From assembly GCF_023055435.1 (NCBI RefSeq), contig NW_025963890.1:36270001-36334000 (forward strand): a stretch of DNA of 64,000 nucleotides. Direction: 5' to 3'. Numbering within the stretch: the first letter of the stretch is position 1; each line of letters opens with the position of its first letter. The translations under genes and the position numbers were made by a program. The DNA is from Haliotis rufescens. Lineage: Eukaryota. Under the pieces are notes generated by a model, which saw only the letters and a list, made by a program, of their open reading frames with translations, did no database searches and was not told the origin of the DNA. Below, piece by piece: positions 13,007 to 25,700 of this stretch.

Positions 13007-13659
13007 CTGTCTAGAATTCTCAACGTGATGGTTTTTCCTCAGAGCCCTCTCCTTTTCCTCTTGTTCCCGGAGCTCCTGCTGGATGATGGTCTCCCTCTTA
13101 CACATCTCCGAGCCGCGATCTGCTTCTGTCAACTCGTGAAACATCGGCTTCGTCTCATCCTTTGGCACACTTTCATACATCGTTGTATCGACCTTGCCCT
13201 TTTCACTTAGCAGTTTCCTTTCTTCCTGTTCCCTCCGGAGTGTCTCCTCGCGCTCCATGTTCAACCGAATCTCCCGCTCGATGGCACTTTCATTAGCATA
13301 CCTATCCTGTGTGTCCTCCATGCTGGTGAAGGAAACGTCCACTTTATCAGCTTCTATGCTCACAGACTTCCTTTTATTTGGGAAATTCACCTCCCAGTGT
13401 CGAACAGTTGCTTTTTTCTGTGATTCAGTCTTTTCAGCAACAGGGGACAATATCGTCTCCCACTGTTGTCTGGTTGATGACAAGTCACGGATTGACTCCC
13501 GGTTGACTTCCTCTGTTGTGTTGGCCTCCTGCACAACGTTCTCACTGTACAGGTTGACTTTGTTTGGTCGGCCTGTCCATCCGACGTCTGGATTCTGGTT
13601 CTGATTGTCAACTAACTCCCAGTGATTTTGACTATCTGAATTAGTCCTCAATTCTGACT
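13007..13659 (-). CDS. First common coding exon of an AKAP2/MISP-like charged coiled-coil-motif protein
   Basis: Acceptor ttttgtgtttcag|AG at 13660/13659 (phase 1) and donor CAG|gtgagt at 13007/13006 (phase 0). 653 nt = 2 nt + 217 codons, inside ORF 12935..13675. Contains ESAIEREIRLNMEREETLRR and ETIIQQELREQEEKERALRK. Confidence 0.9.
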
Positions 13660-15054
13660 CTGAAACACAAAACACAAACTTAAGAACTCGTAAAACAAAC
13701 TCTTAATTTAGGAGAACAAGCTACCAATGGAGCTTACAAACCCAATAAGGAACAGGTTGGGTCTATATCAGCTGACATCCTTCTGGTGAATCAAGACTGT
13801 GGCAGCTGACTGAAGCGACATCACACAAAGCTGACAATGTACCAACTGATCATGTGTAGCCTCGAAGGTCAGGCTAAACAAGCTGGGGTTTTAAAAGCCT
13901 GAAATGTCAAAAAGTTGAAATCCGGGAGCAAACCATTTCTTTCTGACACAACACACAGTTAATGTCATTAGCACATGTTAAGTCCCTGTCTACATTAAAA
14001 ACTAACTCGTATTAAACTGTGAAGAGACTGCAAAAAGATGAGTAACACGAGAGCTTTAAACACTTCCTTAGGCAAGACTTGAATCTGTGATCACAACAGA
14101 TGCAACTTTACCACAACAGCAACCATGATTACAATTGGGATATCAAATACATATTTGAAACTCAGTCACTCCTTTGCAGGCTATTATACCAGGTTTAAAC
14201 GAAAATATAATGACTGAAATACATAACAATTTATCTGGGGCTGTCTGTTCAATAACTTATTGGGAAGTCCGTGGTTGAAAGCACCCAATTCTCTCTGAAG
14301 AGTCACATCCCTTTGTTGAGCCAGGATCCACTGATCACAGGTTTGAATATTAGTTTGCCCCTATAATGGCTCTTCATCTGTCAGCACCATGCCCAAGCTC
14401 GTGGGTTTCACCAAAGTAGTATACATCCATGTCGTGATTTTTTACTTTCAAGCTGTCCAAAACTGTTAAACTCAACTCCCTGACACACTCATGTGTAGCC
14501 ATAACTCATTAACTTACATCAAGTCAACAGAGTTGAGTCGTAACACTGCAATAAATGAAAGACTGGTGGCAAATAATCTATGCTGCTGACTCACACCACA
14601 TCTGCCGGAGCATATATTCCATTTCTGTCAGAATTATCTCATACAGATCTACTCCAAATAATAGATAAGCTAATTTCTCAGCCAATGATGAGAAGAACGG
14701 TACATTCGTCATACACAGCACATAGAAATGAATGCTATTGGTGATGTATGATCACTTGGTCAACAGTTAATATGACCCTTTCACTCAGTAGATTTGGATG
14801 TGTAACACACGGGACATTACTGTAAACAAGCAATTGATACAGAGCACTCATCTGAATATTGCCATATTTGCAGACTATTTGCCAAATGTCTTCCTCGGGT
14901 GCATATCATTCAATATCTTCAGCTTACGATTTGTGTGAAAATCAGTAATAATGCTACATGCAGATGCCATCTGATAAGTGATAGATCATATTTTTCTGTC
15001 TCATAAGGAATAGACAGCTAGGAAATTTTATGTGTCTGAGTTGGATTTAATAAA

Positions 15055-15385
15055 ATGTAATGTGCATGTTTCTACTGCACCAAATCAATGCCCTAAAGGG
15101 TGCTCAAAGCACTACATTATGACCCCGGTCAGTGGATCAGTGTGCACCTTTCCATTCTCAGCTCCCTGGGGAGTATACAACCCAAGCTGCCTGTGAGGCT
15201 CTAGAACAACAACAATAACAATAATAATGATAAGTCATACATATTGCACTATATTTCCACACCCCACTAGATATGCTCAGAGCGCTACACTATTATTACC
15301 CGTCAATGGATCAGTGTGCACTAACAATCATTCTCAGCACCCTGGGGAGTATACAGCTCAAGCTACCTTGGTGTATTGTAAGCAT
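15055..15385 (-). mobile_element. Two tandem fragments of SINE family E (L2-type 3' tail)
   Basis: GCTCA(A/G)AGC(A/G)CTACA..ACCC..GTCA.TGGATCAGTGTGCAC..TTCTCAGC.CCCTGGGGAGTATACA occurs twice. Further copies lie at about 59000-59045 and 60665-60825. Confidence 0.7.
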
Positions 15386-16771
15386 CAGGAGCGTGGAATG
15401 TACAAGGCAATATGCAATGTCTCTTAAGTACTGTACTTGCAGCAGACTTGCAGAAATTCTGTGGAAAAAGCCTCAATCAAAAGACTGTCGACCCCACACT
15501 GATATGATGCATCGTGTTCTTTACTTAGCCCATTATTAGATAATGATGAAGTAGATATATAGATGGCATCTACAAAGGTGTGGCATCTGAAGACAACATC
15601 TATGCCTGGGAGCAGCTATTACACACGAGTACGCCTAACAGCACCAGAGCAGCAACTACAAACATTAACATTATCAGCCAATAGGAACCAATATAACATA
15701 TGAACCAAATATACTGATGGAAATGAATCAGGGAACACTTAGTAAAGACTTAGACACAGTAAAATGATATGCTATCATGGGTTCCCAGCCAAATACGTGA
15801 TTGAAACAACGCACACAAACACATCTCAACTTTTAATTCTGACGTGTTGAATTTGTATGCTTGCTATTTCAAATGTACTGATGGTAAAGCTTATTTCCCT
15901 ATATTTTTCATTGTTCCCTTATTCATTTCAATCAGTATATGAACCAATGTGCTCACTTCTTAAAGTTGTCCTCAGTAGAACCAAGTACTTTTAACTGTCA
16001 AAGCTATCCTAAGATTTATGAACTATCAGTGGTCAAATGAGGCTGTCCTCTGAGATATGAACAAGAACTGGTTGTCCTGAAAGTAGGACCAGATATGAAA
16101 TCCAATATTTCAAGGTTGTCCAACAACAAATGAAACACTCTTAGTTCTCAAAGCTGTCTCAGAAAATATGAGTCACCTTCAACGTTACCTATATACCCCT
16201 GAATCAAACCCCTGAAACTAGAAACCAAATTAACTGTTGTCGAGAAACCAAAATATGATATCAATTTATCTCAAATTTACAGCTGTCAAAGAAAATATGA
16301 ATCTCCCTATAGAAAGAAACACGGCTGCTTACCAGCTAAGGTCTGTACAGTATATCCTTGGTGCTATCATGTATAGTAGCTCTCAGTGAACTTACACCTG
16401 AATAATGCTAGACCGCTGCTTAGTAAGGAACATGCCTCCCACAGCCATACAAGGCAACCTACAGGTACCACAAAGGACTGGGCTGACTATGTTTAGAGTT
16501 GGAATGTAGGGGGCTACCACAGCATTACTACATATGACTCCACCGCTTGCTTGGGGATTGCTGTTGTCTATAGAAAGGTGTGCTGAGTCATCAGTGGGAT
16601 CATGGAAGTGTTTGTACGAGCTGTGACATATCTACAAAAATGTTTAAAGTATTTTAATACATGACTATTGGTTGATTTTATTTTCTTTGATAAAATTATT
16701 TGGCAGGTATTTTTATGAATTGTGTCTGTAACGTGTCATTTTGAGCTCGTAATACTGTATATGGCAGGTGC

Positions 16772-19700
16772 TGGGGGGTATCGGAGACACCCACACAGGA
16801 CAGAGCAAGTGTGGCGGGGTATCGGAGACACCCACACAGGACAGAGTGAATGTGGCGGGGTATCGGAGACACCCACACAGGACAGAGTGAATGTGGCGGG
16901 GTATCGGAGACACCCACACAGGACAGAGCAAGTGTGGCGGGGTATCGGAGACACCCACACAGGACAGAGCAAGTGTGGCGGGGTATCGGAGACACCCACA
17001 CAGGACAGAGTGAAAGTGGCGGGGTATCGGAGACACCCACACAGGACAGAGCAAGTGTGGCGGGGTATCGGAGACACCCACACAGGACAGAGCAAGTGTG
17101 GCGGGGTATCGGAGACACCGACACAGGACAGAGTGAATGTGGCAGGGTATCGGAGACACCCACACAGGACAGAGTGAATGTGGCGGGGTATTGGAGACAC
17201 CCACACAGGACAGAGTGAGTGTGGCGGGGTATCGGAGACACCCACACAGGACAGAGCAAGTGTGGCGGGGTATCGGAGACACCCACACAGGACAGAGCAA
17301 GTGTGGCGGGGTATCGGAGACACCCACACAGGACAGAGTGAATGTGGCGGGGTATCGGAGACACCCACACAGGACAGAGCAAGTGTGGCGGGGTATCGGA
17401 GACACCCACACAGGACAGAGCAAGTGTGGCGGGGTATCGGAGACACCCACACAGGACAGAGCAAGTGTGGCGGGGTATCGGAGACACCCACACAGGACAG
17501 AGTGAATGTGGCGGGGTATCGGAGACACCCACACAGGACAGAGCAAGTGTGGCGGGGTATCGGAGACACCCACACAGGACAGAGCAAGTGTGGCGGGGTA
17601 TCGGAGACACCCACACAGGACAGAGTGAATGTGGCGGGGTATCGGAGACACCCACACAGGACAGAGCAAGTGTGGCGGGGTATCGGAGACACCCACACAG
17701 GACAGAGCAAGTGTGGCGGGGTATCGGAGACACCCACACAGGACAGAGTGAATGTGGCGGGGTATCGGAGACACCCACACAGGACAGAGTGAATGTGGCG
17801 GGGTATTGGAGACACCCACACAGGACAGAGTGAGTGTGGCGGGGTATCGGAGACACCCACACAGGACAGAGCAAGTGTGGCGGGGTATCGGAGACACCCA
17901 CACAGGACAGAGCAAGTGTGGCGGGGTATCGGAGACACCCACACAGGACAGAGTGAATGTGGCGGGGTATCAGAGACACCAACACAGGACAGAGCAAGTG
18001 TGGCGGGGTATCGGAGACACCCACACAGGACAGAGCAAGTGTGGCGGGGTATCGGAGACACCCACACAGGACAGAGTGAATGTGGCGGGGTATCGGAGAC
18101 ACCCACACAGGACAGAGCAAGTGTGGCGGGGTATCGGAGACACCCACACAGGACAGAGCAAGTGTGGCGGGGTATCGGAAACACCCACACAGGACAGTGA
18201 GTGTGGCGGGGTATCGGAGACACCCACACAGGACAGAGCAAGTGTGGCGGGGTATCGGAAACACCCACACAGGACAGAGTGAGTGTGGCGGGGTATCGGA
18301 GACACCCACACAGGACAGAGTGAGTGTGGCGGGGTATCGGAGACACCCACTCAGGACAGAGTGAGTGTGGCGGGGTATCGGAGACACCCACACAGGACAG
18401 AGCGAGTGTGGCCGGGTATCGGAGACACCCACACAGGACAGAGTGAGTGTGGCGGGGTATCGGAGACACCCACACAGGACAGTGAGTGTGGCGGGGTATC
18501 GGAGACACCCACACAGGACAGAGTGAGGCGGGGTATCGGAGACACCCACACAGGACAGAGTGAGTGTGGCGGGGTATCGGAGACACCCACAAAGGACAGA
18601 GTGAGTGTGGCGGGGTATCGGAGACACCCACACAGGACAGAGCAAGTGTGGCGGGGTATCGGAGACACCCACACAGGACAGAGTGAGTGTGGCGGGGTAT
18701 CGGAGACACCCACACAGGACAGAGTGAGTGTGGCGGGGTATCGGAGACACCCACACAGGACAGAGTGAATGTGGCGGGGTATCGGAGACACCCACACAGG
18801 ACAGAGCAAGTGTGGCGGGGTATCGGAGACACCCACACAGGACAGAGCAAGTGTGGCGGGGTATCGGAGACACCCACACAGGACAGAGTGAATGTGGCGG
18901 GGTATCGGAGACACCCACACAGGACAGAGTGAATGTGGCGGGGTATTGGAGACACCCACACAGGACAGAGTGAGTGTGGCGGGGTATCGGAGACACCCAC
19001 ACAGGACAGAGCAAGTGTGGCGGGGTATCGGAGACACCCACACAGGACAGAGCAAGTGTGGCGGGGTATCGGAGACACCCACACAGGACAGAGTGAATGT
19101 GGCGGGGTATCAGAGACACCAACACAGGACAGAGCAAGTGTGGCGGGGTATCGGAGACACCCACACAGGACAGAGCAAGTGTGGCGGGGTATCGGAGACA
19201 CCCACACAGGACAGAGTGAATGTGGCGGGGTATCGGAGACACCCACACAGGACAGAGCAAGTGTGGCGGGGTATCGGAGACACCCACACAGGACAGAGCA
19301 AGTGTGGCGGGGTATCGGAAACACCCACACAGGACAGTGAGTGTGGCGGGGTATCAGAGACACCCACACAGGACAGAGCAAGTGTGGCGGGGTATCGGAA
19401 ACACCCACACAGGACAGAGTGAGTGTGGCGGGGTATCGGAGACACCCACACAGGACAGAGTGAGTGTGGCGGGGTATCGGAGACACCCACTCAGGACAGA
19501 GTGAGTGTGGCGGGGTATCGGAGACACCCACACAGGACAGAGCGAGTGTGGCAGGGTATCGGAGACACCCACACAGGACAGAGTGAGTGTGGCGGGGTAT
19601 CGGAGACACCCACACAGGACAGTGAGTGTGGCGGGGTATCGGAGACACCCACACAGGACAGAGTGAGGCGGGGTATCGGAGACACCCACACAGGACAGAG

Positions 19701-20202
19701 TGAGTGTGGTGGGGTATCGGAGACACCCACAAAGGACAGAGTGAGTGTGGCGGGGTATCGGAGACACCCACACAGGACAGAGCAAGTGTGGCGGGGTATC
19801 GGAGACACCCACACAGGACAGAGTGAGTGTGGCGGGGTATCGGAGACACCCACACAGGACAGAGTGAGTGTGGCGGGGTATCGGAGACACCCACACAGGA
19901 CAGAGTGAGTGTGGGGGGGTATCGGAGACACCCACACAGGACAGAGTGAGTGTGGCGGGGTATCGGAGACACCCACACAGGACAGAGTGAGTGTGGCGGG
20001 GTATCGGAGACACCCACACACGACAGAGTGAGTGTGGCGGGGTATCGGAGACACCCACACAGGACAGAGTGAGTGTGGCGGGGTATCGGAGACACCCACA
20101 CAGGACAGAGTGAGTGTGGCGGGGTATCGGAGACACCCACACAGGACAGAGTGAGTGTGGCGGGGTATCGGAGACACCCACAAAGGACAGAGTGAGTGTG
20201 GC
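16772..20202. repeat. GC-rich minisatellite, 41-bp unit, about 84 copies
   Basis: Unit GGCGGGGTATCGGAGACACCCACACAGGACAGAG(CAAG/TGAA/TGAG)TGT with near-identical copies. It generates all ORFs at 16.7-20.3 kb. Confidence 0.98.
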
Positions 20203-21539
20203 AGATGACCCTTGTTGTAGCAATATTGCAGTCATGTAACGACAGGACACCAGGGAAGAGCTTTACCATGAGGAGATTTCAACCATGATGCATATCGACA
20301 AGCAAATAAAAAAAGAAAACATACATATATATAAAGAAAAGTATGATACTTCTTGATTGGAAAAAAAATGAAGTCAAAATTAAAAAGACTTCAAACACAT
20401 TTAAGAAGTAACACTAAGGTATTTGATTATCATAGAGGAGTGTCAACTGATTTATGTAATCAGTCATCAGCTGGGACAGATTTACTGCATGGGATGGATA
20501 CATACAAGGAAGTGCAGTACACTTCTAGCTGAAACAATCAACTTGTTTAATCACGGTACTATAGACAAATAGATTGAGGAAGTATACACCTCAGCAGCTG
20601 CTATAATACTCCAATCTTAAAAGTGTCCAGATTTCACATTAATTCCTTGGAAGCAAAACTACTACAAACGTTTTATTTTATAAACTTTAACGAACACATT
20701 GCAACTTTCCTTTCAGGCACTTACTGTAGGGAACATCAATAATTAAGACATTACTCTATACCTGTGACTTGTTAATCTGGAACTTTGTCAATCCAGTTGA
20801 ATTGATTGAGAATAATTCCATCAAGATTAACAGGATTATACTGTAAAAGAATAGGACATGCTCCAAAATCAAAATCAAATTGAGACATTATTAAGAAACC
20901 CTGGAGAACTGAAACACGATTAAGAATCTTCACACTGCAAGCACTAGAATTGGTCTCTCAGTATCATTTACTGCACAATAACTGCATCAGAACCCATCTT
21001 CTCATCCTTATAGAAGCATCTATGGAAAATGAACAGGACGGGGAGAAGCATGGATGTCCGCCACACGTCACCAGATAGGGTATTACAGCAATAAGCTTGA
21101 CTGATTCCTGGCTAAGGACCAGTGTGTGACCCAAGTGTACACAATCAGGCTATACACCAACACAAACCATCTAAATCAATCTCAATCAGTTACGGGGTAC
21201 ATTACCCATTGTAGTCCTCAGAATAAATCACAGGGTCCGTGTGTTGCCTGACAAAATGAATGTTATGGGGATAAGTCTAGAATGGAAACCAGTATTTGGT
21301 TCCAGTGATAAAGCTCAGATAGGTTTTCTTCTACGTAGGATTACAGCTTGTGTTCCAAATTTTGCCAGCCAAGGCTGGAAATGTTATGCTTTGCTGCCTT
21401 CACACAGAAAGAATGGGAACACATTCAACTGAATGTAGTGGAAATAGTTCATTAATGAACTAAAATTGTTTCATATCACAACTGAAATGAAAATGGTGTT
21501 ATAAAACAGATGTCTTTTATCTCAAAACATAGAGTGAGT

Positions 21540-21678
21540 ATGGTGCTGACAAACCTAGAAACATGATCTGGGTGAACCGGGATTTGAACCCACAATCATA
21601 GGTTTCTGGCGTGCCCAAGAGATGCAACTCCGCACAGCGAATCGCGTTGCCTTAGATGACTGGGCCACCCGTGCCCCC
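21540..21678 (-). mobile_element. SINE family D (5' part, tRNA-Leu/Ser-like head)
   Basis: Minus strand reads GGGGCACGGGTGGCCCAGTCATCTAAGGC..GTGGGTTCAAATCCCGG..TTTCTAGGTTTGTCAGCACC. Confidence 0.78.
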
Positions 21679-21782
21679 TCAAAACATAGACCCTTGATGA
21701 CACTGATGATGATATTGACATCAATTTCCACCATTACACACCTACATTTGTCACATAACCATTCCATTAACAAAGCATTCAT

Positions 21783-21965
21783 GTGTGTGTGTGGCTGCTT
21801 GTACTAGTCCGGACCGATGCTGATTTTATAGTGCTAGTCCGAAATACCATGATTAACATGAATACCCCACTCTTTTAACGTCCTTTGGTATGACATGTCC
21901 AGAGATTTGAACCCCGGACCTTACGCTCTCTGGGTGGATGCTCTACCACTAGACCACGGAGACAG
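21783..21965 (-). mobile_element. SINE family C (internally deleted)
   Basis: Minus-strand head CCGTGGTCTAGTGGTAGAGCAT..GGGGTTCAAATC and the shared body. Confidence 0.8.
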
Positions 21966-22467
21966 TCAACTGAACCATGTAATTTGCGAAGTTGAAATGA
22001 TACAAAAAAATATAGTTTGGTTTCTGAAATGAACTGTTTGTATATGAAGATACTGATTTCAAATCTGAATCCACACATGTCCTGGGATCACAAAGTACGT
22101 GGTAAATAAATCTTGTAAAGAAATCCAATTTTGGAGTAGATCACTATCTCATCACTTAAACACACCATTAAAGCTGCTCATTTCAATCTCTATACTTCAT
22201 ACATGAAATTTGAAACAGCTCTCCCTACCTGTTACCTGTTAGGTTGAAGAAAATTCCTACTATGTGGTTTAATTGCATAGAGGGAGGTACCCCACTTGTG
22301 CAAGCCTTATCATATATAAACTTGTGACCGAACAATGACATCACTCTGCGATCAATAAAAACATACGTAGGCAAATACACACCCTCCTTATCAGAGAATG
22401 CCTTATACGGCTGTGTAACATAGTTAGAATGGCAGGCAACTGTCTGATGATGCTTTCCTGTCTGGCC

Positions 22468-22702
22468 CGAGAAGATCCGGGTTAGAACAGGTCTTCAGCA
22501 GCACCTGCTTCTCGTAAGAGGCAACTATGCTTGTCGAGTACCAAGATTGAGTGGTCAAGCTCGCTGACTTAGTTGATGCATGTCATCGTATCCCAATTGC
22601 GTGGACCGATGTTCATGATATCAATCACTGAATTTTATTATTTACAGACTGCTGTCATATTGCTGGAATATTGCTGAGTCTGGCATTAAACAACAAACAA
22701 AC
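22468..22702 (+). mobile_element. SINE family B
   Basis: Contains the CGTAAGAGGC(A/G)ACTA core and the shared GCTGGAATATTGCTGAG tail. Confidence 0.85.
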
Positions 22703-25700
22703 TTTCCTGTCAACTGAAGAATACTAAACCAGACATTGAATGAATAGGAATGGTATTGACGTGAGTTGGTGTGTGCCAATTTGACAGACAGCTTGTCTAT
22801 TGCAGAAAACCACAAATGGTACACAAGCGTGTAATAACAGTTCATTAACCTGGAGTCAGCACACTGCAGCTATATCAAATTTAAAAAAAAAAAATTTGAA
22901 ATTTAAGTGTGGATGGGAAAAAACAACGGTGAACAACAATCTATGCTGTAATGGTATGGCACAATCAGCTTTATCATACAGTGTAACCATGTAATTAGCT
23001 TGGTTCGTATAACAAACACACAATATTTTATCCTACATTCTCCTGGTTGTAAGGCTGGGACCTCTTGATTTACCTTTGAGCCATATTACAGAAACATTTA
23101 CCCTGCTGAGTTATTCAAGAAGCAGAATGACACACTGAAATGTGTGACGGCTTCATCCACAGTTACCGGTGACAGTGTTGTACATGTCATGTAATGTACA
23201 AGCAATCACGTACACCTCACAGGCTTTAAACCAACAAACACATCCCTCGGATACCATAAAACAGCCATATCAGCTTTACTACCTGTCCATAGCACGAATG
23301 TATTTGACGACGTATATTTCAAAGGCAGGAGTCAGAAGTAGGCCACCTGTACGTACTGACATACCTGTTCAGGTCAAAGGTTGTTGCATTACAGGTAGGC
23401 GTTATATAGGATATGAGTCAAGACTGAAGCAAGACATGCCCCTAGCAGCCGGCACAGCTGTGATGTACATAGCTTGTCAATTGGCGTTGATAGCAGAACC
23501 TTACAGGCTGGCCAACCCTACACCTAGAGCACATAGCATGTACAAGTCTCCTATCTCACAACATTTGTCAGCGTCAACACACACAGAAATCTCAAAGCAT
23601 CCTTGATGTTTCAAAATAAATTCATTTCTGTTGCATTGGAGCACACAATCACTTTCTTTTAGTTAAAATACTTATTTTTTATATCATAAATATATCATAA
23701 ATGAACCGTTTTGAAGACAAAAACATGTCTTAATCTCTATTTGTGATGCTGTATATTTATCAAAGCACAAAAAATAATGAAGCTAAGCAAACATGGGATG
23801 TCGCTCGTTCATACAGTTGACAGATAGAAACAGTTTCTGGAACACTGATGACGAACAAGCCATGTTGACTCCCAATTTGTTTCTTGCAATTAAAGCTGAT
23901 AAACAATTTCAACTGGGCAGCAATGTATGAGTAGAAACACATTTACATCAACCAGTATTTATCTTTCATTACAGAATTGTCAGAAACAGATTATCAGCAT
24001 TACATTATTAGAAGTCGCAAAAACTGGATTTGTGTAGGGAGCTATTCACAAGAGCTATAAGTTTTTCACATTTTGACCTCTCCTTAATCACAATAAATAT
24101 GACAACAGTATATGATAATCCAGATGAATTAGGACTTAAATACTCTGTAAAACTCTGTTGAACATTTGTATATTCGTCAAGAAATCCACAACAAAACTGG
24201 CAAAAACTTACTGTTGTAACCCCAATCAAGGGTGGAACTGACTGAAATGTGTGACTGAATCAGCTGATCTGAAAGGTACACACCTGTTTGGTGAGAGCCC
24301 TGTCGCCCCGGGCCGCTCCTCCTGTGAAGGTGCAGTCACTGGTGGGGCCCAAATATCTGATTGATTAACCCAATCTCACCGGCCATAAATTGCCAGACAT
24401 AATGGCCATTGTCGGCAGCCTTAGGATATTGACATGCAAGTGGCTAGCAAGGTTGTCTGTTTCAACACCAGAGTGTGGTTGCGTACATTTCAGTGTCACT
24501 GTACAGGGATCAGTATCTGGGCAGGTGTTTCAGGGATTGCTAATTGCAATGAAATTAAAACAATAATGGATATCCAATATAAACGTTAACAGCATACGTG
24601 TTAACTGCACAAGTCAAGTATATTTCCACCAGTCATTCTGAGTACTGACATGTTGTATATTTCAGTGGCAAAGTCACCTACTTTCCAAAAATATTTTGAT
24701 ATATCTTAAAATATATCTTAGCATAAGGATAACTGACACACGTAAAAATTACAGGTCATTTGGATCACAACAACTTTGTCCAAAATTGTCAGGGTGACCT
24801 AGAAATTGAAATAACATCACAAAACCATAAAATACTCAGCATAAAAAAGTGGACATAAAACTGCTACATTTTATACCTGTTATACCATCATCTCACAGAA
24901 AACCTTCCAATTTGTCATTTTCAAGCTTCTTTCGTCATAATTCCAATGACACTGATCGATGATACAAAGTGTGACAACTGTCTGGGCCTACGTTTACACA
25001 GTGTTCCAGAATCTAGCTGCACAATGTTAATTTACTCCCAACAAACAAAACAAGGTTGTGTAAATTAGAAGTATTGCCAGGTCAGAAGTCCCGACCAAGT
25101 CTGACTTTTATACCATGAGCTTGACGAAAGTTTTGTGACAAATCCATTAAAAAACGTCTGGATTTGGAGTTTTCCCTGCATGTAATCTTCCAGAGTCAAC
25201 ATTCTTCCGAGCAAGTTCTATCAAAATTGTAAACAAGATCAAGATGTTTTTGTTTCTATTTCAGGAAACCTGAAAAAGGAAACATTTAAAAAATGAATCT
25301 GGTTTCATTTGATTTTATTATAATATTATAAAAATTACACAGCCAAACACTGAAGAGTAAGGAGCTTTTAAATTCAGATGGCATTTTCTTTAATTCATAA
25401 AACTCTCCTGGGCAAGTGCGATTAATGCTTTCTAAGATTTCTAAGGTGAGTGCCACCTTTTCATGAACTGGTATCATCACTATTCATCATAGTCAAAATT
25501 GTACAATTGATTTTTGGTTGGAAATTTCAGAAATCTTCACAAGAATCCATTCCCAAGAAATAAAACCCACACTCCTCTTTAAATAAATAAAATTTCTTAA
25601 AGTCAGTTCAAACTTCTCAACTTTGATGTCATGGTGACCTTGCTAAGCTCTTCACCTGTCAAACATCAATTAAATGCCCAAAAGCCATTAATGCAAAATC

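Noticed and set aside
7611-13604. Plus-strand ORFs overlapping the coding exons
   Set aside because: They are antisense shadows of the real minus-strand exons.
14595-14622. MEYMLRQMW followed by T|gtgagt, a phase-1 micro-ORF
   Set aside because: Splicing to the common exon would create T+AG = stop. It shows that chance phase-1 hits occur.
16772-20202. CRISPR-like appearance (hairpin repeat with a variable segment)
   Set aside because: The variable part is only 3-4 nt with three recurring states rather than unique spacers. There are no cas genes and the context is a eukaryotic intron.
16696-20269. ORFs of 863 and 1177 aa rich in Cys/Pro/His
   Set aside because: Produced by the 41-bp satellite, which is almost stop-free on the minus strand. 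The same 41-aa pattern appears in all three frames, indels shift frame freely, and no splice context supports them.
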